From contig CAWGHO010000002.1 of the NCBI GenBank assembly GCA_963822445.1, forward strand, positions 1,408,001 through 1,472,000: 64,000 bases of DNA, in the 5' to 3' direction. Position numbers and translations under genes: made by a program. Position 1 is the first letter of the stretch; every line of letters begins with the position of its first letter. The DNA comes from an uncultured Acidobacteriota bacterium. Lineage in GTDB: Bacteria; Acidobacteriota; Thermoanaerobaculia; Gp7-AA8. Positions 8,004 through 18,134 of the stretch are shown in pieces. Below the pieces are notes generated by a model. It did not search any database and was not told the DNA's origin. It saw only the letters and a list, made by a program, of their open reading frames with translations.

Positions 8004-10830
8004 TTGCGCAGCAGACGCGGTTGCGGCCCGTTCGCTTGGCCTCGTACAGCGCTTCGTCGGCCGCGCGCAGCACTTCCGGCCATGTCAGATTGCCGGATGG
8101 AAAAACCGCGACGCCGATCGAGCAGGTGCGGTTGATCACCCTGCCGTCGGGCAGAGTCACGTCGCGTGCTGCGACCGCTGCGCGAACCTTCTCGGCAATT
8201 TCCCCGGCGTCGCGGCGATCGACGAACCGCACCACGGCCAGCATCTCCTCACCGCCCCAGCGGATCGCGTAATCGGACGAGCGCAGGCTCGCGCGCAAAG
8301 TCTCGGCGACGGCGACCAGCACCGCGTCGCCGGCGTCGTGTCCGTATTCGTCGTTCACGCTCTTGAAGTGATCGAGATCGCAGAGCATCACCACCAGGTC
8401 GCCCTGGCCTCGCGAGGCGAGCGCGAGGTCCGACCCGATCACGTTCTCGAGGAAGCGCCGGTTGCGCAGGCCGGTCAGCGGATCGGTGAGGCTGGCCTCC
8501 TCGATGCGCGCGTTCGCGGCGGCGAGATCGGCGGTCCGTTCGGCAACGACGCGCTCCAATGCCGCGGCGCGGCGGTCGAGCTGCCGGACACGCAGGCGGT
8601 ACAGCGCGTACGCAAGGGCAACCGCGATCGCGGCGCTCAGGATGCGGAACCAGAGCGTCTCGTAAAACGCGGGCAGAACGGTGACCGGGAGCCGGAGCTC
8701 GTGCGCGCTCCACGCCCCCGCGCGGTTCGTGCCGCGAACGCGCAGCACATACCGTCCGGGCGCGAGATTCGTGTACGTGAGCGACCGCCGCGACGCATCG
8801 GCGCGGACCCATTCGTCGTCGTATCCCTCCAGCCGGTAGCTGTAGACCGTCCGTTGCGGCGCGGTGAAATCGAGCGCGGCGAAGTCAACGCGGAATCCCT
8901 TCTCCTTCGCGGCGAGGACCAGCGCGCGCGGTACCGCTCGCGTCGTGCCGTCGACCTGCAGCGCCGTTGCGACGACCGGCGGTGCGAATGACCAGGCTCG
9001 CAACTCGGCCGGATTCACCGCCAGCAAGCCTTCCGGCGATCCGAACAGGAGGGTTCCGTCGCTCGTACGCGCGCGGCTGGCAATGAAGAAATTACGAAAC
9101 GCGCATCCGTCCGCGGCGCCGAATTCACGCGCCGTCCACGATCGCGGATCGATGCGCAGCCGCGGTCCGAGCCAGACTTGTCCTTCCGCGTCCTCGATCA
9201 GACTCTCGACCGGGTCGGACGCGACGTTGCGGAACCGCGCCTCGCGTCCGTTCCACGATTCGAGAATGACGGCGCCTGCATGCGTCCCGACCCACAGCCG
9301 GCCGCCGCGATCGACCATCAGGTCCGGAACCCACAGGCTCGGCAGACCCTTTTCAATGCGCGTGGCCTTGCCGGTCGCGCGATCGAAGACGTTCAGCCCG
9401 CGATCGGTTCCCACCCACATCGTGCCATCGGGCGTGAAGGCGATCGCTTCGACCGCCGGGCTCGAAAGCGAGGCCGGATCGTGCCGGTCATGCCGGAACG
9501 CACCCACTCCGCCCTCATCGATCCGCGTCAGCCCCTCGGACGATCCCGCCCAAAGCTCACCATCCGGGCCGAACGTCATCGCCCGGATCGGACCGCCCGC
9601 CAGGCCATCGCCGCGGTCGAACGTCTCGAACGTGCCGCCAGGTCGCAAACGTCGCAACGCGCCGTCGAGCGACGCCACCCAGATCGTCCCGTCGGCGCCT
9701 TGCGCGAGACAGGTGATCGCCGCGCCGTCGAGCCGATGACCGCCAATCCTTCGAAAATCGCGATCGAGAATGTCGATGCCGTTGCCGTTCGTGCCGACCC
9801 AGATCGTGCCGTCGCGCATCTGCATCGCCCGAACCGCGGCGGGATGACTGAGTCCTTCCGCACGGCTCGGGCTGTGACGCACGGTTCGAAATGCGCGCGT
9901 CGTCGGATCATGGCTGGCGATGCCTCCGCCCCAGGTTCCGACCCACATCACACCGCTCTGATCGCGAAGGAGCGCGCCGACGCGATCGCTGCCGATGGTG
10001 TTGGGAAGCGCCGCGTCATGGCGGAGCCGGTCGATGATCTCCAGCGTATTCGCGTCAACGACATCGATGCCGCCGCCGAACGTCGCCAGCCAGATCTCAC
10101 CTGGCGTGGCCTGCGCGATGCCGTAGATCCAGGGATGGCTTCCGCCGCGGATCCGCGTCAACCGTCCGTTCTCCAGCATTGCCGCGCCGCTTTCCGATGT
10201 CCCGATCCAGATCCGGCCGCGATCGTCCTCGACGATCTTCGTGACGAGCTCGTTCGCGAGCTCGGGCACGACGCGTTCGAACCGATCGGACGCCGCTCGA
10301 ATCTGCAAACCTGCGCGCGTGCCGACCCACAGCCGGCCGCTTCGATCGACGAGCAGCCCGCGAACGCGATCGTCGGCAAGCGAATGCGGATTCGCCGCGT
10401 CGTGTCGGAAATGCTCGACCCGTTTCGTGCGCGGATCGATGCGGTTCAACCCCTCCTGCGTCCCCACCCAGACCATCCCATCCCGATCCTCGGCAAGCCC
10501 CTCCACGCGCTGGTGCGACAGCCCATCCGTGACGCGCGTGAAGGAATCGCTCGAGGCGTCGTAAATGAGGAGTCCACCCGCGAACGTGCCCGCCCACACC
10601 CGCCCGTCCGATGTCGCGAGCAGCGTGCGGATGTAGCCGGCGCCGGGCGGCGGAGGAAAAACGCGGAACCGGTCCGCATCCCAGCGCACGATGCCCGACT
10701 GCGTTCCGATCCAGATGAATCCCTGCCGATCCTGCGCGAGCGCAGTACAGAGCGCCGCCGGAACGTCGTCGGACATCTGAAGCGGTCGAAAGGAAATGAC
10801 GGCGAGGAGTAGGACGAGACTCACGCTCAA
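7972..10830 (-). CDS. Diguanylate cyclase with beta-propeller and Y_Y_Y ligand-binding sensor
   Basis: Repeated DxxGxxWVGT propeller blades, Y_Y_Y domain (YTNLAPGRY), TM, TDPLTGLRNRR, DLDHFK, RWGGEEM. Confidence 0.93.
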   Translation of the reverse strand: MSVSLVLLLAVISFRPLQMSDDVPAALCTALAQDRQGFIWIGTQSGIVRWDADRFRVFPPPPGAGYIRTLLATSDGRVWAGTFAGGLLIYDASSDSFTRVTDGLSHQRVEGLAEDRDGMVWVGTQEGLNRIDPRTKRVEHFRHDAANPHSLADDRVRGLLVDRSGRLWVGTRAGLQIRAASDRFERVVPELANELVTKIVEDDRGRIWIGTSESGAAMLENGRLTRIRGGSHPWIYGIAQATPGEIWLATFGGGIDVVDANTLEIIDRLRHDAALPNTIGSDRVGALLRDQSGVMWVGTWGGGIASHDPTTRAFRTVRHSPSRAEGLSHPAAVRAMQMRDGTIWVGTNGNGIDILDRDFRRIGGHRLDGAAITCLAQGADGTIWVASLDGALRRLRPGGTFETFDRGDGLAGGPIRAMTFGPDGELWAGSSEGLTRIDEGGVGAFRHDRHDPASLSSPAVEAIAFTPDGTMWVGTDRGLNVFDRATGKATRIEKGLPSLWVPDLMVDRGGRLWVGTHAGAVILESWNGREARFRNVASDPVESLIEDAEGQVWLGPRLRIDPRSWTAREFGAADGCAFRNFFIASRARTSDGTLLFGSPEGLLAVNPAELRAWSFAPPVVATALQVDGTTRAVPRALVLAAKEKGFRVDFAALDFTAPQRTVYSYRLEGYDDEWVRADASRRSLTYTNLAPGRYVLRVRGTNRAGAWSAHELRLPVTVLPAFYETLWFRILSAAIAVALAYALYRLRVRQLDRRAAALERVVAERTADLAAANARIEEASLTDPLTGLRNRRFLENVIGSDLALASRGQGDLVVMLCDLDHFKSVNDEYGHDAGDAVLVAVAETLRASLRSSDYAIRWGGEEMLAVVRFVDRRDAGEIAEKVRAAVAARDVTLPDGRVINRTCSIGVAVFPSGNLTWPEVLRAADEALYEAKRTGRNRVCCAISDGQRAGVA

Positions 10831-11072
10831 CGCGCGATTCTACGTCGCATCACTTTGATCAATCCTCCCGCGCTGATGATCGTCCACGCGCCTTCCATGA
10901 TGATCAGGCCGGCCTGACGGGTCGTGATCGCCGCGACGAGCAGCGCCGCACCGCCGATGAGGTTCAGCGTCTGGTATGTGTACGTGTCGTAGCGGAGACG
11001 CTCGATCTGATGCGCGCCGTACGCGGTGAGCACGAAGAGTGCGCCGAGGATCGAAATCACTTGCATCAACAT
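10827..11072 (-). CDS. Small membrane protein (CBU_0592-like)
   Basis: C-terminal part of ORF 10827..12191: GALFVLTAY...YQTLNLIGG...EGAW. Confidence 0.75.
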   Translation of the reverse strand: MLMQVISILGALFVLTAYGAHQIERLRYDTYTYQTLNLIGGAALLVAAITTRQAGLIIMEGAWTIISAGGLIKVMRRRIAR

Positions 11073-11090
11073 CGATAGAATCTCCCGCGC

Positions 11091-13616
11091 ATGAACCGCC
11101 GCGTGTTGGTCACTGCCGTTCTCATTCTCGCCGCGTCCTCCCTCTTCGCGCAGATTCCCACGCCCGAAGAGTTTCTCGGCTACCGCATCGGCGACCGTTT
11201 CACGCCGCATGACCGCATCCTCGACTACTTCAACGAGCTCGCGCGCAAATCGCCGCTCATCACCATCGAACAGATCGGCGAGACCTACGAAAAGCGCCCG
11301 CTGGTTCTGGCGACGATCACCTCGGCGAAGAACCGCGCGGGGCTCGACGCAATCCGCCGCAACGTCAACACGCTCGCTCGCGGCGAAGGTGACGTCGCTG
11401 AAATTGCGAAGAACACGCCCGCGATCGTCTGGCTTGCGTTCGGCGTTCATGGGAACGAGTCCTCGTCCGCCGAGTCTTCGATGATGGTCGCGTCGGCACT
11501 GCTGCGCGATGCCGAGCTCACGAAACTGCTCGAGGACGTCGTGGTGGTCCTCGATCCGCTGGAGAACCCCGACGGCCGCGAGCGATACATCCAGTGGTTC
11601 CATCGCATGCGCGGGGAGAAGCCGAATCCGAATCCCGACTCCTTCGAGCATTACGAGCCGTGGCCGGGCGGACGCTTCAACCACTACATGATCGACATGA
11701 ACCGCGACTGGGCCTGGCAGTCCCAGCGCGAGACCCAGGCGCGCGTTGCGGCGTACCGCACCTGGTCGCCGCAAGTCTTCGTCGACTTCCACGAGATGTT
11801 CTTTCAGTCGACCTACTTTTTCCCGCCGGACGCGAAGCCGATCAACGCCAACGTGCCCGCCGACGCGGAGAAATGGCTCGACGTCTTCGGCCGCGCGAAC
11901 GCCGCCGAGTTCTCGAAACGCGGCTGGCCCTTCTTCGTCGCCGAGCGTTTCGATCTCTTCTATCCCGGCTACGGCGATTCGTGGCCGTCGCTGCACGGCG
12001 CGATCGGCATGACTTACGAGATGGCCGGCAGCTGGCGTGCCGGATCGTCGGTGAAGCGCGAAGACGGCACGATTCTCACCCTGGGCGATCGCGCGACGCG
12101 GCACTTCACGACGGGCATCACCACGGTTCGCACCGCGGCGCAGAATCGGGAGCAGCTGCTGCGCTACACGCACGCGGCGGCGCGCTCGCACATCGACAAC
12201 GCGAAGAACACGTTCCTCATCCTGCCGAGCTCACCCAACTTCGAAGCGCTGATCGAGGTGTTGCGGCGCCAGGACATTCGCGTGGACATGCTCGCCGCGG
12301 CGACGAGCGTGAAAGCGACGCGCCTCGATCGTTCCACCGCGGAAACGCGGACATTTCCCGCCGGCACGGCCGTCGTCTCCACGAAGCAACCGCTCGGCGG
12401 ACTGGCGAACACGCTGCTCGAAAAGCAGCCGGCGTTCAGCACCGGTTTCGTCGAGGAGCAGCGGGCGAAGGCCGAGGCGGATGAGCCGGATGACTTTTAC
12501 GACCTGACGACCTGGTCGCTGCCGCTGGCCATGAACGTCGAGGCCTACGTGACCCAGCTGCCGGTCGCGGGAGTGAAGGAGTATCAGCGCGCGGCGCGGC
12601 CGGCGTTCCGCGCGGCCTCGTACGGATATCTCGTCGACGGACTGGAGCCGAACATCTACCGTTTCGTCGGGAGATTGCTCGAGAGCGGTGTGAAGTTCAG
12701 CGTCAGCGACGGCGAGGTGGCGGTCGGCGATAAGAACTTCGCTCGCGGCACGCTGATCATCCTCAAAGGCAACAACGCCGAGAACCTCGACGCCACGCTC
12801 GAGCGCATCACCCGCGAGGCCGGCATCACCACGGTCGCGCTCGAGTCGGGTTGGATGGGCGGCACCGCGTTCGGATCGGAAAAGCTGCATCACGTGAAGG
12901 ATCCGAAGATCGGCCTGGTGGGCGGTCCGGGGAGCAACGCCACGTCCTTCGGCATGTTGTGGCACACCCTCGACGTCGACACGCCCATTCCTCATTCGAC
13001 ACTGAGCGTGGAGACGCTGCGCAACCTCGACCTCAGCGAGTACGAGGTCCTGGTCCTGCCCGACGGCAGCTTCACCGACCGCCTCGGCAAGCGCGGCATC
13101 GAGAAGATCAAGGCCTGGGTCAACGAAGGCGGCACGATCGTGGCTGTGAAAGGGGGCAGCGCGTTTCTGCGCGAGAAAGACGTCGAGGTCTCCAAGCTGA
13201 AGACGTGGGAGCCTCCAAAGAAGAAGGATGACGACAAGACGCCGCCCGACCAGCGCTACAACGATTTCCGCGTCCCCGGCGCCGCGTTCCGCACGACGAT
13301 GAACAGCCGCTCCTATCTGACGTTCGGCGTGCCGCGCGCGCCGGCGGTGCTGGTCGAAGGCACCGATGCGTTCCTGCCGGTCGCGCACAAGGTCGACAAC
13401 ATCCTCACCATCGAGTCCAAGGATCCGCTGATCTCCGGCGTGGCCTGGCAGGAGTCGATCGATCGATTGAAGGGCTCGGTGTACGTCGTCGCCGAGCCGT
13501 ACGGCCGCGGTCAGGTCATCACATTTGCAGACGACCCCCACTTCCGGCTTTTCTGGCGGGCGACGTTGCCCGTGTTTCTCAACGCTGTCGTTTATTCGCC
13601 GAGCTTCCCGCGATGA
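11091..13616 (+). CDS. M14 family zinc carboxypeptidase, secreted
   Basis: Signal peptide; HGNE, NPDGRE, DMNRD, DFHEM motifs. Confidence 0.9.
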   Translation: MNRRVLVTAVLILAASSLFAQIPTPEEFLGYRIGDRFTPHDRILDYFNELARKSPLITIEQIGETYEKRPLVLATITSAKNRAGLDAIRRNVNTLARGEGDVAEIAKNTPAIVWLAFGVHGNESSSAESSMMVASALLRDAELTKLLEDVVVVLDPLENPDGRERYIQWFHRMRGEKPNPNPDSFEHYEPWPGGRFNHYMIDMNRDWAWQSQRETQARVAAYRTWSPQVFVDFHEMFFQSTYFFPPDAKPINANVPADAEKWLDVFGRANAAEFSKRGWPFFVAERFDLFYPGYGDSWPSLHGAIGMTYEMAGSWRAGSSVKREDGTILTLGDRATRHFTTGITTVRTAAQNREQLLRYTHAAARSHIDNAKNTFLILPSSPNFEALIEVLRRQDIRVDMLAAATSVKATRLDRSTAETRTFPAGTAVVSTKQPLGGLANTLLEKQPAFSTGFVEEQRAKAEADEPDDFYDLTTWSLPLAMNVEAYVTQLPVAGVKEYQRAARPAFRAASYGYLVDGLEPNIYRFVGRLLESGVKFSVSDGEVAVGDKNFARGTLIILKGNNAENLDATLERITREAGITTVALESGWMGGTAFGSEKLHHVKDPKIGLVGGPGSNATSFGMLWHTLDVDTPIPHSTLSVETLRNLDLSEYEVLVLPDGSFTDRLGKRGIEKIKAWVNEGGTIVAVKGGSAFLREKDVEVSKLKTWEPPKKKDDDKTPPDQRYNDFRVPGAAFRTTMNSRSYLTFGVPRAPAVLVEGTDAFLPVAHKVDNILTIESKDPLISGVAWQESIDRLKGSVYVVAEPYGRGQVITFADDPHFRLFWRATLPVFLNAVVYSPSFPR

Positions 13617-14422
13617 AAATCCGCCCGCCCGCCGTCGCCGGTGCGTTCTACGAGGGAACGCCCGATCGCCTGCGCGCGCAGGTCGACGCCTGCTTCGAGG
13701 CCATTCCGGAGAAGAAAGAGCGATTCATCGGCGCGGTCGTTCCGCACGCCGGGTTGATGTACAGCGGACATGTCGCCGCGGCGTTTTACGGGATGGCCGA
13801 GCTGCCGAAGCGATTCGTGATTCTTTGTCCGAATCACACCGGCGCCGGTCATTTCGCGGCGATCAATCGCGAGGGCGCATGGCGCACTCCGTTCGGCGAT
13901 GCGGCCATCGACTCGCGTCTCGCCGACGCGTTGATGGCGAAGACACAACTGCTCGCCGAGGATGCGCGGGCTCATGCTCGCGAACATTCGCTCGAAGTCC
14001 AGCTGCCCTTCCTCCAGCGCCTCCTGGGCGATGACTTCACCTTCGTCCCGATCTGCCTCGGCGCACACAGGCTCGATTACGCGGAAGAGATCGGCCGCGC
14101 GATTGCCGGCGTTCTGAAAGACGAGCGCGACGTCGCGATTCTGGCCAGCTCCGACCTCAATCACTACGAGGACCAGCAGTCGACGCTGCGCAAGGACCAG
14201 CTCGCGATCGATCAGGTCCTTGCGCGGAATCCGCAAGAGCTCTGGCGCGTGGTCGACGAATACGACGTTTCGATGTGCGGCTTCATCCCGACGACGGCGA
14301 TGCTCGTCGCCGCGAATCAGCTCGGCGCCAGTGACGCGCGGCTCGTCAAGCACGCGACTTCAGGAGACATCAATCGGGATTACTCGCATGTGGTGGGATA
14401 TGCGTCGATCTTGATTGCCTGA
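13613..14422 (+). CDS. amrB: AmmeMemoRadiSam protein B (MEMO1 family)
   Basis: RPPAVAGAFY, PHAG, PNHTG, EHSLEVQLPF, ASSDLNH, SMCG. Confidence 0.92.
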   Translation: MKIRPPAVAGAFYEGTPDRLRAQVDACFEAIPEKKERFIGAVVPHAGLMYSGHVAAAFYGMAELPKRFVILCPNHTGAGHFAAINREGAWRTPFGDAAIDSRLADALMAKTQLLAEDARAHAREHSLEVQLPFLQRLLGDDFTFVPICLGAHRLDYAEEIGRAIAGVLKDERDVAILASSDLNHYEDQQSTLRKDQLAIDQVLARNPQELWRVVDEYDVSMCGFIPTTAMLVAANQLGASDARLVKHATSGDINRDYSHVVGYASILIA

Positions 14423-14429
14423 CCCCGTA

Positions 14430-14536
14430 AGTTTATCCCGCGCGAAGACGCGGGATCTCCGCGTGCACGAGCGCAGAGCATGGCAACTTCTGTGAAGGTG
14501 CACGAAGAGATCCCGCGTCTTCGCGCGGGATAAACT
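14430..14536. repeat. REPIN-like doublet with ~39-bp terminal inverted repeats (AGTTTATCCCGCGCGAAGACGCGGGATCTC...)
   Basis: Arms are near-perfect reverse complements, each containing its own ATCCCGCG/CGCGGGAT hairpin; second copy at 33964-34075. Confidence 0.93.
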
Positions 14537-14553
14537 CGAGAACTCGAAAACGC

Positions 14554-16017
14554 ATGCGCGTCGTTTTTGCCACAGCCGAGGTTTCACCGATCGCCAAGAC
14601 GGGCGGCCTCGGAGACGTGTGCGGATCGCTGCCGAAGGCGCTGGCGGCGCTCGGCCACGACGTGGTCGTGTTCATGCCCTTCTACCGTCAGGCGCGGCAC
14701 TGGTTCGAGAAGAACCAGATCTCCGTGCATCAGGTGATGCCCACCGCGGTGATCTCCTGGGCGAACTGGGTTGCCGAGGCGACTTTTCTGCGGACGACGC
14801 TCCCGGGGAGCGATGTTCCGCTGATCCTCGTCGCGAACGATTACTTCTTCGAGCGCGAGCAGATCTACTCCGATGCGCCTGACGGCACGCACGACTACCT
14901 GCTGCGCTACGCCTTCTTCAGCCGCGCGGTCATCCGCGGATGCGAGTTGCTCGACATCGCGCCCGACATCCTTCATTGCCATGACTGGCACACGTCGCTG
15001 CTGCCCGTGTATCTCCATTCCGGCCTGCGCGGCCAGCCGCATTTCGGCGGAACGCGATCGGTCTACACGATCCACAACCTAAACTACCAGGGTGTGGCCG
15101 GTTACGACGCGCTCGGACTGACCGGATTGCACAGCCGCTACTGGGCTCCGGACGGCGTCGAGCATTTCGGCACGCTCAATCCGATGAAGGGCGGAATCAT
15201 CTACGCCGATGAGGTCACGACGGTCTCGCCGACGTACGCGGCGGAGATTCGCACGCCGCAGCATGGCGCCGGTCTCGACGGCGTGTTGCGCGCGGTTTCG
15301 TACAAGCTCACCGGAATCCTCAATGGCATCGACGTCGAGGAGTGGGATCCGGCCGCCGATCCGCTACTCAACGCGAACTACGACGCCGACACGTTGAACG
15401 ACAAGACGAAGAACAAGCGCGCGCTGGCGAAAGAGGCGGAGCTCAAGTACTCGCAGAAGACGCCGATCATCGGCGCGGTCTCGCGGCTTGTCGACCAGAA
15501 GGGCTTTCAATACCTGATCCCCATCCTCGGACGCCTCCTGCACGCCGGCGCGCAGGTGGTGATTCTCGGAAGCGGCGAAGCGGAGCTGGAAGCGGCGCTG
15601 TTGCGCATCGCGGCGCAGCATCCCGAACGCTGCCGGGTCTGGATCGGCTTCGATCCGGCGCTCGCCCATCGCATCTACGCCGGCTGCGACATGCTCCTCA
15701 TGCCCTCGGTCTACGAGCCATGCGGCCTCAATCAGATGTACGCCCTTCGGTACGGTACCGTACCAATCGTCCGGATGACCGGCGGGCTCGCCGACACGGT
15801 GATCCCTTTTGATGGCACGAATCTCACTGAGGCGAACGGCTTCGGCTACATCGCCAACCATCCGCTCGATCTGTATCTCGCGACGTGGCTCGGTGTGCTC
15901 AACTACCGCGAGAAGGCGACCTGGAAGTCCTTACAGCAGAACGGGATGGCCAGCGACTTCTCCTGGGACCGCTCGGCGCGGATCTACGACGCCGTCTACC
16001 GCAGGGCGAAGCCGTAG
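14554..16017 (+). CDS. glgA: Glycogen synthase
   Basis: KTGGLGDV, HCHDWH, TIHNL, EPCGLNQMYA. Confidence 0.97.
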   Translation: MRVVFATAEVSPIAKTGGLGDVCGSLPKALAALGHDVVVFMPFYRQARHWFEKNQISVHQVMPTAVISWANWVAEATFLRTTLPGSDVPLILVANDYFFEREQIYSDAPDGTHDYLLRYAFFSRAVIRGCELLDIAPDILHCHDWHTSLLPVYLHSGLRGQPHFGGTRSVYTIHNLNYQGVAGYDALGLTGLHSRYWAPDGVEHFGTLNPMKGGIIYADEVTTVSPTYAAEIRTPQHGAGLDGVLRAVSYKLTGILNGIDVEEWDPAADPLLNANYDADTLNDKTKNKRALAKEAELKYSQKTPIIGAVSRLVDQKGFQYLIPILGRLLHAGAQVVILGSGEAELEAALLRIAAQHPERCRVWIGFDPALAHRIYAGCDMLLMPSVYEPCGLNQMYALRYGTVPIVRMTGGLADTVIPFDGTNLTEANGFGYIANHPLDLYLATWLGVLNYREKATWKSLQQNGMASDFSWDRSARIYDAVYRRAKP

Positions 16018-16033
16018 TGGCACCTCGGGTGCA
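16018..16033 (+). promoter_or_regulatory. Putative sigma54 promoter
   Basis: TGGCAC-CTCGG-GTGCA, i.e. GG-N10-GC spacing. Confidence 0.6.
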
Positions 16034-16057
16034 CTAGGAAAGCGCAGGAGGACGGCA

Positions 16058-16165
16058 ATGATCTTGATTCTGATTGGAATCGCCGGAACGCTCCTGCTGA
16101 TCGGGTCCGGCAGCAGGTCGCCCAGGCTGGCGCCGCAGCCGGTTCGCACACCTCGCAAACGTTGA
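16058..16165 (+). CDS. 35-aa small membrane peptide (MILILIGIAGTLLLIGSGSRSPRLAPQPVRTPRKR)
   Basis: Perfect AGGAGG 6 nt before ATG; hydrophobic N-terminus with basic tail; fills the gap between glgA and msrC. Confidence 0.6.
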   Translation: MILILIGIAGTLLLIGSGSRSPRLAPQPVRTPRKR

Positions 16166-16166
16166 A

Positions 16167-16631
16167 GTGAAATCAACCGCATACGAAGAGTGCTACTCGG
16201 CGATCGTCGCCATCTGGCGTGATGAGGGAGGAGAGACCCTCGACGAGATCGCGTTGATGGCGACGATCAATTCCGTCCTCGCCAACCGCTTCGATTACTA
16301 CTTCTGGACCGGCTTCTACCGCGTCTGCGGCGAGCGTCTCGCCGTCGGCCCGTACATCGGGACCGTGGGCTGTCTGCAGATCGAGTTTGGTCGCGGCGTC
16401 GTCGGCGCGGCGGCGGAGAAGCGGGAAACGATCATCGTCCCGGACGTGAATCAGTTCCCCGGTCACATCGCCTGCGATCCGAACTCGAAGTCAGAGATCG
16501 TCGTTCCGGTCTTTGATCGCGAGCGCAACCTCATCGCCGTGCTCGACGTCGATTCGGACCGGTTGAATGCGTTCGATGAGGAGGACCGGGTGGGGCTGGA
16601 GCGGATCGTGGGGCTATTCGAGCATTCGTAG
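16167..16631 (+). CDS. msrC: GAF-domain free methionine-R-sulfoxide reductase
   Basis: WTGFY, GPYxG, GHIACDxxSxSEIVVP, LDVDS. Confidence 0.8.
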   Translation: MKSTAYEECYSAIVAIWRDEGGETLDEIALMATINSVLANRFDYYFWTGFYRVCGERLAVGPYIGTVGCLQIEFGRGVVGAAAEKRETIIVPDVNQFPGHIACDPNSKSEIVVPVFDRERNLIAVLDVDSDRLNAFDEEDRVGLERIVGLFEHS

Positions 16632-16988
16632 GATCGCCGTCAGTTCCTTCTTCACCGTCACCAGCGCCTTCGCCATATCGCTGTTCCGCGCGGGCGGTGG
16701 CGCTTCGGCGACGGCGACCGGTTCGGGCGCATCGCCTTCCTCCAGCTTCTTCTTCGCGCCGGCGATGGTGAAGCCGTCGCGGTAGAGCAGCTCCTTGATG
16801 CGCAGGACGGTGTCGATCTCGCGTCGCGTGTAGAGGCGCTGTCCGCCGCCGCTCTTGTTCGGGGCGAGCTGCGGGAACTCGGTCTCCCAGTAGCGAAGGA
16901 CGTATGGCTGCACGTCGGCGAGCTTGCAGACCTCGCCGATCTTGTACAGCTTGTCGTCTTTTTCGGTGGCTGAAGCGGCGCGGGGCAT
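16614..16988 (-). CDS. MerR-family HTH regulator
   Basis: YKIGEV...[16 protein letters not shown]...GQRLY. Confidence 0.9.
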   Translation of the reverse strand: MPRAASATEKDDKLYKIGEVCKLADVQPYVLRYWETEFPQLAPNKSGGGQRLYTRREIDTVLRIKELLYRDGFTIAGAKKKLEEGDAPEPVAVAEAPPPARNSDMAKALVTVKKELTAILRMLE

Positions 16989-17114
16989 CAGTGGATTATA
17001 GAAGCCGCTGGGGCAGAACGAATGCCAGGCGCGTTGCGCCGCCCGAAGCCGCGGTCAGTAAGGCAGCGCGGTCGTGCCGAAGGCGAAGCAACCTGCGCTG
17101 CCGGCCGTGACGGC

Positions 17115-18134
17115 TTATAGGACGCGCTCGACTTCGACTTCCGCCGGCTCGAACAAGCCCACCGCGGCGTTGAACACCTCGTCGACGGTGATGTCGTTCA
17201 TGCACTGATGCGTGCGGAGTGGGCAGTCGCGTTGATAGCAGGGCGTGCACTCGAGCGTCGCGCGCACCACGCGCGTGGCGCCGGCGATGACGGTGCGATC
17301 GGGATCGGTCGGGCCGAAGATGGAGACCGAGGGGACGGACAACGCGGCGGCGACATGGAGCGGACCGCTGTCGTTGGTGATCACCGCCGCGCACTGCGAG
17401 ATCGCTGCTGCGAGCTCGAGGACGTCGCCGTCATGACCGACCATCGGTACGCCGTTGCACGTGGTGGCGATCTTCTGGGCCTGTTCGCGCTCGCGCGGGC
17501 TGGTGAGCAGCACCACGTCGAACCCTTCCAGCCGCAGGCGATTGATGATCTCCACGTAACGCTCGTCGCCCCAATGCTTGGCGCGGCCGAACAGACCGCC
17601 GGCGTGGACACCGAAGACCGGCCGATCGAGATGCAGGCCGATGGAGAGGAGGCGCTGGCGTCCGCGCTCGCGAATCGCTTTGGGAAGCTTGATCGTCGGC
17701 ACGTCGTCGACGACGCGCGGCGCGTTCAGTGCCGCGAGCAGCGCCGTGTAGTCGTCGAGCTGATGACCGCGCGTGCCCGGCCTGGGCACGGCGCGATTGA
17801 GGAAGACGCCGCGCATGTCCGTCGGATATCCCCAGCGCTCGTCGATTCCCGCCGCGAACGTCACCAGCGCAGCTTTGAACGAGTTCGGCAGGATCACCGC
17901 GCGGCGATAGCGCCCGGCGCGAAGCGCGGAAATGCGCTCGGTGGTCGAGCGCGTCCAGGGCACGACCTTCTTGAAGAGTCCCGTGGCCTCGAGCAAGGCC
18001 GTGACGTTGGCCGGCGCGGCGACGGCCAGTCCGCCTTCGCTGCGGAAGCGGTGCGCCAGGGCCTTGTACGTCGGGAGAGCCAGAACGTTGTCGCCGACCC
18101 AGTTGAGTCCGATCGCGATCGTTTCACACGCCAT
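17115..18134 (-). CDS. waaF: Lipopolysaccharide heptosyltransferase II (GT9)
   Basis: NWVGD, LPNSFK, NDSGPLHVAAA, FGPT, CxPC...CP...HxCM. Confidence 0.85.
   Translation of the reverse strand: MACETIAIGLNWVGDNVLALPTYKALAHRFRSEGGLAVAAPANVTALLEATGLFKKVVPWTRSTTERISALRAGRYRRAVILPNSFKAALVTFAAGIDERWGYPTDMRGVFLNRAVPRPGTRGHQLDDYTALLAALNAPRVVDDVPTIKLPKAIRERGRQRLLSIGLHLDRPVFGVHAGGLFGRAKHWGDERYVEIINRLRLEGFDVVLLTSPREREQAQKIATTCNGVPMVGHDGDVLELAAAISQCAAVITNDSGPLHVAAALSVPSVSIFGPTDPDRTVIAGATRVVRATLECTPCYQRDCPLRTHQCMNDITVDEVFNAAVGLFEPAEVEVERVL

Noticed and set aside
14430-14536. Autonomous IS/MITE with transposase
   Set aside because: No transposase in the window and no clear target-site duplication; treated as REPIN-like
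17046-17116. SRP RNA candidate (GCCGAAGGCGAAGCAAC resembles helix 8)
   Set aside because: Lacks the CAGG/GNRA/AGCAG arrangement; kept only as an unassigned hairpin
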